Assembly (NCBI GenBank): GCA_965207065.1
Contig: OZ242260.1
Location: 2,592,001-2,656,000 of the forward strand
DNA: 64,000 bases
Origin: a bacterium
GTDB taxonomy: Bacteria > UBA8248
Reading direction: 5' to 3'
Shown: one piece after another, positions 28,642 through 38,847 of the stretch
How positions within the stretch are numbered: the first letter of the stretch is position 1
How the letters are laid out: every line of letters begins with the position of its first letter
Notes under the pieces: generated by a model
The model's database searches: none
What the model was told of the DNA's origin: nothing
Seen by the model: the letters and a program-made list of their open reading frames with translations, nothing else
Made by a program: the position numbers and the translations under genes

Positions 28642-29094
28642 TTGCTCACATACATCGACCAAATCGATCGCCGCATCTCGGGCTGGATGAACCGCTACGG
28701 CAGGCTGTTTCTCCGAATATCGCTCGCCGTCGTCTTCATCTGGTTCGGGGCACTGAAACCCTTGGGGTTGAGCGCAGCGGCCGAGCTCGTGCGCCGCACG
28801 GTCTACTGGCTGCCGCCCGATTTCTTCATCCCCCTGCTCGGCTGGTGGGAGGTGGCGATAGGGGTGGGGCTGCTCTTCCGCCCGCTCATCCGCGTCGCCC
28901 TGTTCCTGCTTTTTCTGCAAATGCCGGGGACGATTCTGCCGCTGTTCCTGCTGCCTGAGGTCTGCTTCACGCAGATACCCTTCGCCCCCACGCTGGAGGG
29001 GCAATACATCATCAAGAACCTCATTCTCCTGAGCGCGGCGATCGCCGTTGGCGGCACGGTGCGGCGGGAGGAGAGTGGGAATTCGTGTACCTGA
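28642..29094 (+). CDS. DoxX/DUF417-like membrane protein
   Basis: LRISLAVVFIWFGALK and EGQYIIKNL; four hydrophobic segments. Confidence 0.8.
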   Translation: MLTYIDQIDRRISGWMNRYGRLFLRISLAVVFIWFGALKPLGLSAAAELVRRTVYWLPPDFFIPLLGWWEVAIGVGLLFRPLIRVALFLLFLQMPGTILPLFLLPEVCFTQIPFAPTLEGQYIIKNLILLSAAIAVGGTVRREESGNSCT

Positions 29095-29131
29095 CGAAGC
29101 GGCCCGTACCTTTAGTTGTCACAGGTTATTT

Positions 29132-29262
29132 GTAGGGACAACCCTCCGTGTTTGTCCTTTTTCAGGATGGTTGCAATCAGGACAGGCACGGAGGCCTGTC
29201 CCTACAGCAAAAGCAAATCCTCCCGCATTGGATTTATTCAACAACCCCTTCAAGGGGGAGTG
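29132..29262. repeat. REP-like doublet plus MITE-like right end
   Basis: GTAGGGACAA…TTGTCCT and AGGACAGGC…GCCTGTCCCTAC, then ggatttattcaacaacccc followed by ttcaagggggagtg. Confidence 0.7.
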
Positions 29263-29326
29263 AGTTGTCTCACCAAAGTGGCGGGTGGGTCTGGCGCGTC
29301 CGTTATCCAGACCTTAAAGTGTCCCC

Positions 29327-30184
29327 ATGACTTTCCTTGCCCTTTCGCTTGTGCTTACCGCCGCATTCTGTCACGCCACCTGGAACCTGCTGGTCAAGCG
29401 CATCAACGGCGGGCCGGAACTCGTATGGCTGTTTTCCGTCTTCTCGGTCCTGATCTACCTGCCGGTCGTAGTGGTCGTTTATGTTATCGAACGCCCCCTC
29501 ATGGAGTGGCGCGAGGTCGGGTTTTACGTCGGCAGCGCCGCTCTGCATATGGCCTACTTCCTGCTTCTCCAGCAGGGCTACCGCAGGGGCGATTTGTCCC
29601 TGGTCTACCCGGTTGCGCGGGCTACCGGACCGTTCCTCTCCACCCTGTTCGCCGTCTCCGTCCTGGGCGAGAATCTCACCATACAGACTGCCCTCGGCGG
29701 CCTGGCGATCATCGTCGGCATCGTGTTCCTGACGGGCGGCTTCGACTGGTCCTCGACGCGGCGGGTGAGTTCGCTGCTGTTCGGGGTTTCCACCGGCGTG
29801 CTCATCGGCAGCTATACGGTATGGGACGCCTATGCCGTGAGTGCGCTCGCCATGCCGCCGATACTGCTCGATTACGGGTCGAACCTGGCGCGCGCTGTGT
29901 TCCTGGTGCCCTACGCCGTCACGCGCAGGGAGGCCGTCGCGAAGCACTGGCGCGAACACAAGCTCGCCGTGCTCGGAATCGCCGTGTTCACCCCGCTTGC
30001 GTATATGCTGGTGCTGACGGCGCTCGTCTTCACGCCGATCGTCTACGTCGCGCCCGGGCGCGAGGTCAGCGTCCTGATCACGGTGGCGATGGGGTCGATC
30101 CTGCTGGGCGAGGGCGAGCTGCGCAAGCGCATGGGATGGGCCTGTCTGATCCTCCTGGGCATGGTGATGCTGGCGTCGGGCTAG
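29327..30184 (+). CDS. EamA/DMT family transporter
   Basis: About ten TM segments; HATWNLLVK, YRRGDLSLVYPVAR and REVSVL. Confidence 0.9.
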   Translation: MTFLALSLVLTAAFCHATWNLLVKRINGGPELVWLFSVFSVLIYLPVVVVVYVIERPLMEWREVGFYVGSAALHMAYFLLLQQGYRRGDLSLVYPVARATGPFLSTLFAVSVLGENLTIQTALGGLAIIVGIVFLTGGFDWSSTRRVSSLLFGVSTGVLIGSYTVWDAYAVSALAMPPILLDYGSNLARAVFLVPYAVTRREAVAKHWREHKLAVLGIAVFTPLAYMLVLTALVFTPIVYVAPGREVSVLITVAMGSILLGEGELRKRMGWACLILLGMVMLASG

Positions 30185-30299
30185 CGGTGAACGGAGCATC
30201 CTTGCGATGCCCCCGAGCCGCTGGCCGGCGCGATGAAAAGTGCTATAGTGCCCCGGCCATAAATCGAAATGACAATCATCCCCTTCACAGGAGCGAAGC

Positions 30300-30692
30300 A
30301 TGAGCGAGCCGCAAATCACTGCGCAGGACATCCTGAACGCAAGCGCGGGCTGTCTGCAAAAGCAGATGTACGTCTATTTCACCACGCCCGTGAACGGCCT
30401 GGGACCGGTGATGGAGAATCTCGAAGATCACCTGAAGTTCCAGATCGAACTCGAGCAGAAGGGCATCATGTTCGGCGCGGGGCCATTCTGGACCGACGAC
30501 GAGCAGCGCTGGGAGGGGGAGGGGATGATCATCATCCGCGCCGGTTCCCTGGCCGAGGCGCGGAAGATCGCCGAATCGGACCCCATGCACGCGAGCGGCG
30601 CGCGGGCGTTCACCATACGCCCCTGGCTCATGAACGAAGGCGCGGTGACGATGAAGATCACCTATTCCGACGGAGGACGCGAGGTCATATGA
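30300..30692 (+). CDS. YciI family protein
   Basis: HLKF…GAGP…GMIIIRAGSLAEA…DPMH…RPWLMNEG. Confidence 0.8.
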   Translation: MSEPQITAQDILNASAGCLQKQMYVYFTTPVNGLGPVMENLEDHLKFQIELEQKGIMFGAGPFWTDDEQRWEGEGMIIIRAGSLAEARKIAESDPMHASGARAFTIRPWLMNEGAVTMKITYSDGGREVI

Positions 30693-31549
30693 ACTGGACG
30701 CCAAGAAGAGAGAAATTCCGCGCCCTGCTCGCAGGCGATAAATGCGTGCACCCAGGTTCGGTGTATGACCCCCTCACCGCGCGCATGGCGGAGGACCTGG
30801 GCTTCGAGGTCGGGATGTTCGCAGGCTCCACCGCCTCGCTCACCGTGCTGGGCGCGCCCGACTTCATCCTGCTCACCATGACGGAATTCGCCGACCAGGC
30901 GCTGCGCATCAACCGCGCGACCGGGATGCCCCTGATGGTGGATGCCGATCACGGCTACGGCAACGCGCTGAACGTGAAGCGCACCGTCCAGGAACTGGAA
31001 ACGGCGGGCGTGTCGGGCCTCTCCATCGAGGACACGGTGCTCCCCCAGCCCTTCGGCGCGGATGGCGCGCAGCTCAGCACGATTGAAGAGGGCGTGGGCA
31101 AGATGCGCGCCGCCCTCGAGGGACGCCAGGACCCGAATCTCGTTATCGCCGGCCGGACGAGCGCGCCGCGCGTCACGAGCACCGAGGACGCCATCGCGCG
31201 CGTCACGGCGTATGAGTCGGCGGGGGTGGACGCCATCTTCGTGGTGGGCGTCCGGAGCCGCGCGCAACTGGAGGCTATCTCGGCTACTGTGAATCTTCCT
31301 ATCATCCTGGGCGGGAGTGCTAAGGAGGTGCGGGGACTGGATTATCTCGGGAGCCTCGGCGTGCGCGTCGCACTCCAGGGCCACCAGCCCATCATGGCGG
31401 CGGCGGGGGCGGCCTATTCCACCTTAAAGGCCCTCAAGGACGGCGTAGAGCCTGAAGACCTGGAAAACGTGCCCGCAGGCGATTTCATGAAAAAATACAT
31501 GAACGACGCGGACTATAGACGGCAGATAAGCTCGTTTCTCGACGGATGA
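30689..31549 (+). CDS. Isocitrate lyase/PEP mutase family enzyme (oxaloacetate decarboxylase-like)
   Basis: PGSVYDP, MVDADHGYGNALN, SIEDTVLP and IAGRTS. Confidence 0.88.
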   Translation: MNWTPRREKFRALLAGDKCVHPGSVYDPLTARMAEDLGFEVGMFAGSTASLTVLGAPDFILLTMTEFADQALRINRATGMPLMVDADHGYGNALNVKRTVQELETAGVSGLSIEDTVLPQPFGADGAQLSTIEEGVGKMRAALEGRQDPNLVIAGRTSAPRVTSTEDAIARVTAYESAGVDAIFVVGVRSRAQLEAISATVNLPIILGGSAKEVRGLDYLGSLGVRVALQGHQPIMAAAGAAYSTLKALKDGVEPEDLENVPAGDFMKKYMNDADYRRQISSFLDG

Positions 31550-31607
31550 AGTTCGCGAACATGTAGTTATGTCCGGCTTGCGGGTTTTCTCCACAAGGGA
31601 AGCGCTC

Positions 31608-31841
31608 ATGAGGGTGAAATACACGGTCGTTATCGAGAAATCGCCTGACAACTACGCGGCCTATGCTCCCGACCTGCCGGGCTGCGTCGCGACGGGCCGC
31701 ACCCGGGAGGAGACGCTGGCGGATATCCGCGAAGCGGTCGAACTGCATCTCGAAAGCCTGTGCGAGCACGGCGAGCCTGCGCCACAGCCTCAAGCGACCG
31801 CCGACACCGTGGAAGTGGCGGCGGCGGGAACATCGGAGTGA
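31608..31841 (+). CDS. hicB: HicB-family antitoxin (orphan, no DNA-binding tail)
   Basis: YTVVIEK…YAAYAPDLPGCVATGRTREETLADIREAVELHLE. Confidence 0.85.
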   Translation: MRVKYTVVIEKSPDNYAAYAPDLPGCVATGRTREETLADIREAVELHLESLCEHGEPAPQPQATADTVEVAAAGTSE

Positions 31842-32070
31842 CTGTGCGGCTATATCTCCTGCTGAGGCGCATGAAGATGACAGCGATCCGTATCGGGAAC
31901 CTGTCCTGAGCATGTCGAAGGAATCTGTCCCGAGCGCTTCGAAAAAGCCTGTTCCGATCCCGCGTCGAGATGCCCGCGCTCAAAACCCCGATCTCATGTG
32001 ACGAAACGCCCTCGGGGGGGATATACTGGCGCCTCAATCAAGGGAACCGAATCCACCCGGAGAGAGTTTC

Positions 32071-33213
32071 ATGGCCATAGAACTTGCATGGTACATGTCA
32101 TGTGACGGCGACAGCGCGTACATCGGCCAGATGTTCGCCGAGCATCCCCCGAGCTACGATACCTTCACCCGGATCGCGCAAAACGCCGAGCGCAGCGGCT
32201 TCACCACCATCCTGGTGCCGACGTCCCAGGTGAGCGGCCACTACGGGCCGCAGGCCCCGACGTGGGACAGCATGGTGAACGCCGCGGTCATCGGTCCTGC
32301 GACCAGGACGATTAAGCTGCTCCTGGCCGTCCGGGTGGGCATCATCGACCCGGCGATTTGCGCGCGGATGATGGCCTCGCTCGACGAACTCACGGGCGGG
32401 CGCATCCTCTACAACATCGTGACGGGCGGCGGCGCGCTCGCAAGCTATGGCGAGACGCTCGACCACGACACGCGCTATGAACGCACGGATGAGTTTCTGG
32501 AAATTCTGGAAGGCCTCTGGACGAAAGAGAAATATTCTTTCGAGGGCAAGTTCTACCGCCTGGAAGACGCCACCGTCTATCCCCGGCCCGTGCAGAAGCC
32601 GAGGATTCCCTACTTCATGGCCGGGGCTTCCGATATCGCGCAGGACATCGCTATCCGGCGGGCGGAGTATTCGGTCTTCTGGGGGGAAACGCCTGAGCAG
32701 GTGGCCGAGCGCGTCCGGCACATGAACGATAAATGCGAGCGTGCCGGGCGTACGCGACCGCTCAAGTACGTGACGCGCTTCCAGATATTCGCGCGCGAAA
32801 CCGAAGATGAGGCCTTCGAGGCGGCGGAAGAGGTGATGAGCCGGGTCGACCCCGAGGTGCTGGCGCATCGCGGCAAGGTCATCTCCTCGTTCGAGAGCAA
32901 GGGCACGAAGGATCAGCAGGCCCGCACGCGCGAGGAGATGGTGGGTCCCAACCTCTGGGCCGGCATGGGCCGCATCCGCTCGGGCTCGGCCGTCGCCATC
33001 GTGGGTTCTTATGAGCAGTGCGCGCAGAAGATCATCGAGATCGAACAGGCGGGCATCGACTTGCTGATTCTCTCGGGCTTCCCCCTGCACCGCGAATGCG
33101 AGACCGTGGGCAGGCACGTGATTCCGCTCGTGCGCGAGATGGAGAGGGAAATGGGCCTCGTGCATGAGGAGGATGAGGCATTCTTGCCCCTGAGCCAGGG
33201 GGTCTCGGTCTAG
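32071..33213 (+). CDS. Luciferase-like (LLM) flavin-dependent monooxygenase, SsuD-like
   Basis: AERSGFTTILVP, LDELTGGRILYNIVTG, RYERTDEF, PRPVQKP, PNLWAG and ILSGFP. Confidence 0.9.
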   Translation: MAIELAWYMSCDGDSAYIGQMFAEHPPSYDTFTRIAQNAERSGFTTILVPTSQVSGHYGPQAPTWDSMVNAAVIGPATRTIKLLLAVRVGIIDPAICARMMASLDELTGGRILYNIVTGGGALASYGETLDHDTRYERTDEFLEILEGLWTKEKYSFEGKFYRLEDATVYPRPVQKPRIPYFMAGASDIAQDIAIRRAEYSVFWGETPEQVAERVRHMNDKCERAGRTRPLKYVTRFQIFARETEDEAFEAAEEVMSRVDPEVLAHRGKVISSFESKGTKDQQARTREEMVGPNLWAGMGRIRSGSAVAIVGSYEQCAQKIIEIEQAGIDLLILSGFPLHRECETVGRHVIPLVREMEREMGLVHEEDEAFLPLSQGVSV

Positions 33214-33290
33214 CTTTTCAAAGATTTCTCATAATACGGGCGGACTTGGGGTCAAGTCCGCTCTCCTTTCACAGATGAGGACGAGTTTTT

Positions 33291-34466
33291 ATGAATTTCG
33301 ATTTGAACGAAGAACAAAAGGCATGGCGCGATAAGGCGAGGAAATTCGCGACCGAGGAAGTGGCGCCCATATCCTTGGAGCGGGACCTGATTTCCGACCC
33401 GCGCGAGACTTTCGACTGGGAGATCATCAAGAAAGGCTCCCGGCTCGGTTTCCGCACCGCCGTCGTGCCCAAAGAGCGCGGGGGCCACGGGATTGATTTC
33501 GTCACTCAGTCACTGGTGATGGAAGAGATCGCGCGCGGCGACAGCGCGATATCCAAGACCTTCAGTCAGTGCTGGAAGTGGAGCCACCTCATCGCCGCCT
33601 CCTGCACGGAAGATCAGAAAGACAGGTTCCTGAAGCCTTTCCTGGAAGACGACACCTATCTCTTAGGCAAAGGCGGAACCGAGGAGTCGGCGGGTTCGGA
33701 CAACCGCATGCCTTCGGACGACCCCCGGACGGGCTGGAAGCTCCAGGCGGTGCGCGAAGGCGACGAATGGGTGCTGAACGGGCGCAAGCGCTACATCGCC
33801 AACGGGAGCGTGGGCAAGCTCTTCTTCATCGACGGCAGAACGGACCCCGACGTACCCATTTCGAATGGCACCACGCTCTTCCTCGTACCGACGGATACGC
33901 CGGGCTTTCGCGTCGGCAAAGTGTACGACAAGATCGGCTGGCGGTTTTACCAGAACGCGGAGCTCATTTTCGAGGACGCCCGCGTGCCGCACGCCAACAT
34001 AGTGGGTGAGGTGAACCGGGGCATCCAGGCGAGAAAGGGCGATACGTCCGAATTCGGCGACCTGGAACTTTCCTCCAACGGGTTGGGCGTGTGCCAGGCG
34101 GCGGTCGACAAGGCAATGCACCACGCGAGAACGCGCTGGCAGGGCGGCAAATACATCATCGAGCACCAGGCCATACAGCTCAAACTCTCCGAGATGCACA
34201 TGCTCACCGAGGCGCTGCGCTCCTACGTCATGCGCACCGCGTGCGACTTGGAAAAGGGCGCGGACCGCGACATGAAGCACAACATCCTGCTCATGAATTT
34301 CTCGACTGACGTCATCCAGCGCGTCACCCACCTGTGCATGGACATCCACGGGGGCGCCGGCGTCATGAAGGACGAGGGCGTGGAGAAACTCGTACGCGAC
34401 GCTATCGTCTGGACGCATCTGGCAGGCGACTCCGTACAGCGCCTCAAGGTCATCAAACACCTGTAA
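33291..34466 (+). CDS. Acyl-CoA dehydrogenase family protein
   Basis: TEESAGSD, WVLNGRKRYIANG, HQAIQLKLSEM and IHGGAG. Confidence 0.9.
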   Translation: MNFDLNEEQKAWRDKARKFATEEVAPISLERDLISDPRETFDWEIIKKGSRLGFRTAVVPKERGGHGIDFVTQSLVMEEIARGDSAISKTFSQCWKWSHLIAASCTEDQKDRFLKPFLEDDTYLLGKGGTEESAGSDNRMPSDDPRTGWKLQAVREGDEWVLNGRKRYIANGSVGKLFFIDGRTDPDVPISNGTTLFLVPTDTPGFRVGKVYDKIGWRFYQNAELIFEDARVPHANIVGEVNRGIQARKGDTSEFGDLELSSNGLGVCQAAVDKAMHHARTRWQGGKYIIEHQAIQLKLSEMHMLTEALRSYVMRTACDLEKGADRDMKHNILLMNFSTDVIQRVTHLCMDIHGGAGVMKDEGVEKLVRDAIVWTHLAGDSVQRLKVIKHL

Positions 34467-34479
34467 TCGGGGGAATCCA

Positions 34480-35559
34480 ATGAGCGACAAATCGATTTCC
34501 CTGGCGGTGATTCTGGGCGACGGCGTGGGGCACGATGTGCTGCCCGTAGCGACGGAGGTGATCCGGGCGGCGGCGGGCGCCGAGGGAGTGGCCGTCGAGC
34601 CGCAAGTCTATGACTACGGCGCGCTCCACTACCTCGAACACGGAACTCCCCTGCCGGAAGACGTGGAGGGCCTGGTGCGGGGTCTGGCGGACAAACACGA
34701 CGCCATCCTGTTCGGAAGCGCCGGCCTCGACCCCAGGATTCCTGCGGACGTGAACTGCCGCGATCTCCTGCGCGCGCTTCGCTTCGAACTGGATTTGTAC
34801 GTGAATCTGCGTCCGGCGCCCCTGCTGCATCCGGATTTTTCTCCCCTGAAGAGAGACACCGCTATCGACCTCGTCGTCGTGCGCGAGAACACCGAAGGGT
34901 TGAACGTGCGCGTGGGCGGCAACTTCAAGAAGGGAACGCCGGATGAAGTCGCCATCCAGGAGGACGTCAACACGTACAAGGGCGTCTCGCGCATCTGCCG
35001 CTACGCCTTCGAATACGCACGAAAACACGGCTACCCCAAGGTGACCATGGCGGACAAGCATGGCTCCATCATCCACGCGCACGGCCTGTGGCAGCGCGTA
35101 TTCTGGCAGACGTCAGAGGAATTCACTGACGTTGAAGGGGAGCACTACTTCATCGACACACTGTGTCAGGACCTTCTCTTCAAGCCGGAGGATTTCGGCG
35201 TCATCGTCACCAACAACATGTTTGGCGACATTCTGAGCGATCTCTGCGCCGGGCTCGTGGGGGGCGTGGGGCTGGCGGCGTCGGGGTGTATCCATCCGGG
35301 CCGCGTCTGCATGTTCGAGCCCGTGCACGGCACGGCGCCCGATATCGCCCTCAAGGGAATCGCGAACCCATTCGCGGTCTGCCTCACGGGCAGAATCCTG
35401 CTGAACACGCTGGGTCTCGATAAGGCGGCGGACTTAATCTGGGAGGCGATACGCTCCGCCGTCCGTGAGAAAAAGACCACGACGGATCTCGGCGGTTCGC
35501 TGAATACCCGGGAAGTGGGCGATTACCTCTGCGCGCACATCGAAAAATCGGGCGCGTAG
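34480..35559 (+). CDS. Isocitrate/isopropylmalate/tartrate dehydrogenase family
   Basis: GDGVG, NLRP, VRENTEG, NMFGDILSD and FEPVHGTAPDIA. Confidence 0.92.
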   Translation: MSDKSISLAVILGDGVGHDVLPVATEVIRAAAGAEGVAVEPQVYDYGALHYLEHGTPLPEDVEGLVRGLADKHDAILFGSAGLDPRIPADVNCRDLLRALRFELDLYVNLRPAPLLHPDFSPLKRDTAIDLVVVRENTEGLNVRVGGNFKKGTPDEVAIQEDVNTYKGVSRICRYAFEYARKHGYPKVTMADKHGSIIHAHGLWQRVFWQTSEEFTDVEGEHYFIDTLCQDLLFKPEDFGVIVTNNMFGDILSDLCAGLVGGVGLAASGCIHPGRVCMFEPVHGTAPDIALKGIANPFAVCLTGRILLNTLGLDKAADLIWEAIRSAVREKKTTTDLGGSLNTREVGDYLCAHIEKSGA

Positions 35560-35720
35560 ATTTTGAAGATTATACGGTTTCCAGTTTTTTGATTCGCTTG
35601 TTTCAAGCCGCCGAACGATGCGCCATGAAGAGCCTCTGGTGCGATAAGTTCCCTTGTCAGAGGCTATTGCGGTCGCTAACATGATGAAGAGGACCCTTCC
35701 TTCAATGAGGGGATCGCAAG

Positions 35721-35903
35721 ATGACAGAATTCGAAACGGCGACGCTGGCGGTGCAGAGAATGGGCGTACTGGTTGCGGCCCTGGTCGGGTTTTCGCAATG
35801 CGCGCTCATCGGCGGGGGCCTCGTCATTATGCGCCGCGATTTGATCATGAGAGAAAAAGCGCTCGACGAACTCATCAGGCGGACGAGCAGGGCGGAGGAA
35901 TAA
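35721..35903 (+). CDS. Small single-TM hypothetical protein (60 aa)
   Basis: GAGG RBS upstream. MTEFE…hydrophobic segment…ALDELIRRT; fills the intergenic gap on the operon strand. Confidence 0.55.
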   Translation: MTEFETATLAVQRMGVLVAALVGFSQCALIGGGLVIMRRDLIMREKALDELIRRTSRAEE

Positions 35904-35977
35904 GTAGGAACTCTGCCTTGGAGCGGCAAATTCCACCAATCTTTCATCGTTCCTTTTAAGAATACGGAAGTCCAATT

Positions 35978-37663
35978 ATGCCTTTTGAAGTCGGCGCGCC
36001 CGCGCACGCGGGCCAGATAGTCGTAGACGCGCTCGTCAGGGAAAACGTCAAGAGGCTCTATTGCCTCCCCGGCTCACATCTACTTCAGTTCTACGATGCG
36101 CTGAGACAAGCCCCCTCCATCGGTCTCGTCACCTGCAAGCAGGAGCCGAACGCCTCCCTCATGGCCGACGCCTACGGGCGGCTCACCGGAGAGCCCGGCG
36201 TATGCCTGCTCACGGCGGGGCCGGGCGGCGCGAACTCCATCGCGGGTGTGGCCCAGGCCTACGGCGCGGCGTCGCCGATGGTGCACATCACGGGTTCGGT
36301 ACCCCTCGATGCGTCACGCGAGGCGTTCCACGGGGTGGACGACCCCGACTTTCTGGTCGAGATGTTCCGGAACGTCACCAAGTGGAGCGTTCGCGTGAAG
36401 CGTATGGAGGACATCTCGGGCGTCATGGCCAAAGCGTTCCAGGTCGCCAGAAGCGGGAGGCCGGGCCCGGTACACGTAGAGATACCGAGACTTACCGACT
36501 ACAGCCCCCATCTGTTGCAGGAAGCCCCCATCGCGCTGCCGGAATACGCGCCGCAGCCGGTGGAAGTCGTCGCTCCCAATGCGGAGGACGTCGCCCAGTA
36601 CGCGCGCAGGCTGCTGGCGGCGAAATATCCCGTCATCTGTGCGGGCAAGGGGGTGATACGCAAAGGAGCGATGGAAGAACTCGCGCGGATCGCCGATAAA
36701 TTCTCCATTCCCGTCATCTACCCCCAGGACGCGATGGGCGTTATCCCGGAGGAACACCCTCTGGCGGTGGGGCATTATTTCGCTTTTAGAAATAATTCGT
36801 TCATGGACGGCGTCACCGAGAAGTGCGATCTGATGATGTTCATCGGCCTGAGAGCCGCCACGGCGGAGGTGGAGCACATCGACCCCTACGCGCCTTCGGA
36901 TCGGATATTCATCGGTTTCGACGACGCGGAGGATGCGCACTACGGAGATGCGGATGAGATTGTCGCCGACCCCGGCATGTTCCTGAGCGCCCTGGAGGAG
37001 CATCTCGCGGAAGAGAACGGACACGCGAAAGACGAAGTAAGAAAGCAGATCGCGCAGGGCAAAGCGGATCTGAGGAGGCAGGCCCTGGGGGTCATCCAGG
37101 GCCATGAGAGCGAGACGCCGGTCCACCCGGCGCTGTTGATGGAAAAGCTAGCTGCCCACATCAAGACCGACGCCATCGTCGTCTCCGACGTGGGCAACTG
37201 CCAGATGTTTGCCCGCTACTACGTGCCGCTCACGAACCAGTTCTCCTTCATGCAGTCGGGCGTGTGGAACGCCATGTCCTTCGCTCTGCCCACGGCCATC
37301 GTCGCCAAGATGGAATACCCCGAGCGCGACGTTATCGGCCTGGTGGGTGACGGCGCGTTCCTGATGACGATCGGCGATTTCGTGACGGCGAGCGAATACG
37401 GCGCGAACATCGTGATGATTGTCTTAAACGACGGCTCCTACGGCCAGATAGACCGCCAGCAGCAAAACCTCTACGGCGCGGCCTACGGCTGCGACTTCAA
37501 AAGCCCGAATTTCGCCGATATGGCGCGCTCCTTCGACGCGTTCGGCGTACGGGTGGAAGACCCCGCCGAGCTGGACGAAGCCATCGAGGCGGCCCTCTCG
37601 GCGGGCAAGCCGGCCATCGTGGAAGTCATGACGCGCGAGCAGCCCCTGCCGAAGATTTCATAA
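35978..37663 (+). CDS. Thiamine diphosphate-dependent enzyme (acetolactate synthase-like)
   Basis: LPGSH, MADAYGRLTG, GPGGAN, GRPGPVHVEIP and the ThDP motif GDGAF…LND. Confidence 0.92.
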   Translation: MPFEVGAPAHAGQIVVDALVRENVKRLYCLPGSHLLQFYDALRQAPSIGLVTCKQEPNASLMADAYGRLTGEPGVCLLTAGPGGANSIAGVAQAYGAASPMVHITGSVPLDASREAFHGVDDPDFLVEMFRNVTKWSVRVKRMEDISGVMAKAFQVARSGRPGPVHVEIPRLTDYSPHLLQEAPIALPEYAPQPVEVVAPNAEDVAQYARRLLAAKYPVICAGKGVIRKGAMEELARIADKFSIPVIYPQDAMGVIPEEHPLAVGHYFAFRNNSFMDGVTEKCDLMMFIGLRAATAEVEHIDPYAPSDRIFIGFDDAEDAHYGDADEIVADPGMFLSALEEHLAEENGHAKDEVRKQIAQGKADLRRQALGVIQGHESETPVHPALLMEKLAAHIKTDAIVVSDVGNCQMFARYYVPLTNQFSFMQSGVWNAMSFALPTAIVAKMEYPERDVIGLVGDGAFLMTIGDFVTASEYGANIVMIVLNDGSYGQIDRQQQNLYGAAYGCDFKSPNFADMARSFDAFGVRVEDPAELDEAIEAALSAGKPAIVEVMTREQPLPKIS

Positions 37664-37774
37664 AAGGGATGCTTCGGGCAAATTCGCAACTCGTGTGGTT
37701 TCTGCGCGCCCGATGAAAGTTCCCGTCTCCCTTATTACGGCTAAATAACCACTCAATAATCGAGGAGTTTCACC

Positions 37775-38557
37775 ATGGACATTCGTCTGGACGGAAAAAA
37801 AGCGCTCATCACGGGCGGCAGCCGGGGCATGGGCCGGGGCATGGCGCTCAAGTTCTCTGAATCAGGGGCCGAGGTGGCCATCGTCGCGAGGCGGGCCGAC
37901 GTGCTTGAGGAGACGAAGGCGGAGATTGAAGCCGCCACCGGGGGCAGGGTGTTCGCCTACTCGTGCGATATGGGTGATGCCGAAGCGATCAAGGCGATGT
38001 GGGCCGCAGCGCTCGGGGATTTGGGGCAAATCGACATTCTCGTGAACAACGCAGGCACCTCCACCCGGGGGCCGTTCGAGGAGATAACCGACGAGATGTG
38101 GGAGGAGGACCTGGGCTTGAAACTCTTCGGCGCCATCAGGACCTGCCGCCTCGCGTTTCCGGCGATGAAAGAGCGCCGCTGGGGCCGCATCATCAACGTC
38201 GTGACGGTGGCGGGAAAGGCGCCGCCCGCTACGAGCGCGCCCACGTCGGTCTCGCGCGCCGCAGGCATGGCGATGACCAAGGTGCTCGCGGGTGAAGGCG
38301 CGCCCTACAACGTGCTCGTGAACGCGCTGTGCACGGGCCGCATCGTGTCGGATCAGATCGCGCGGCGCTACGAGCGGGAAAAGCCCGAAGTTTCGTTTGA
38401 GGAATACGTCGCCGAAGCCGGGCGCGACATTCCGCTCGGGCGGATGGGAACGGCTGAGGAATATGCCAACATGGCGTGTTTTCTCGCCTCGGACGCCGCG
38501 TCTTTCATCACGGGGACGGCGGTGAACATCGACGGGGGATTCTGCCCGGTCGTGTAG
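37775..38557 (+). CDS. SDR family oxidoreductase
   Basis: TGGSRGMG, ILVNNAG, PLGRMG and ITGTAVNIDGG. The YxxxK motif is replaced (TSVSR). Confidence 0.9.
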   Translation: MDIRLDGKKALITGGSRGMGRGMALKFSESGAEVAIVARRADVLEETKAEIEAATGGRVFAYSCDMGDAEAIKAMWAAALGDLGQIDILVNNAGTSTRGPFEEITDEMWEEDLGLKLFGAIRTCRLAFPAMKERRWGRIINVVTVAGKAPPATSAPTSVSRAAGMAMTKVLAGEGAPYNVLVNALCTGRIVSDQIARRYEREKPEVSFEEYVAEAGRDIPLGRMGTAEEYANMACFLASDAASFITGTAVNIDGGFCPVV

Positions 38558-38653
38558 GCTCGGGGATTTCGGTGCGTGGGTTTCTTTCGGGAGATTCGGA
38601 GGGGAACGTCGCGTCCAGATCTACTAGGTAGGTTTTTTTTACTCCCTCGTTGA

Positions 38654-38847
38654 GGGGCTGTTGGAAAAGCCCGAGAGGGAAAATTTTTTTAGTGTGTAGG
38701 GGTCGCATATTATGCGACCCTTCCCGTTAGGGGCGGGCGGGCCGCATAATATGCGGCCCCTACAAAAACCGTCCCTTCCCGGTCGGTCCGACGTCGGAAT
38801 GACGGTGCCGGTCAATACCGATCGAAGAAGGGTTTTTCAACAACCCC
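38654..38847. mobile_element. MITE with ~18 bp terminal inverted repeats and 4 bp TTGA target duplication, carrying a REP-like doublet
   Basis: TTGA|GGGGCTGTTGGAAAAGCCC … GGGTTTTTCAACAACCCC|TTGA. Internal GTAGGGGTCGCATATTATGCGACCC and GGGCCGCATAATATGCGGCCCCTAC. Confidence 0.8.

Noticed and set aside
38696-38763. Palindromic repeats as a CRISPR array
   Set aside because: Only two inverted copies, no regular spacers and no cas genes; they are REP-like.
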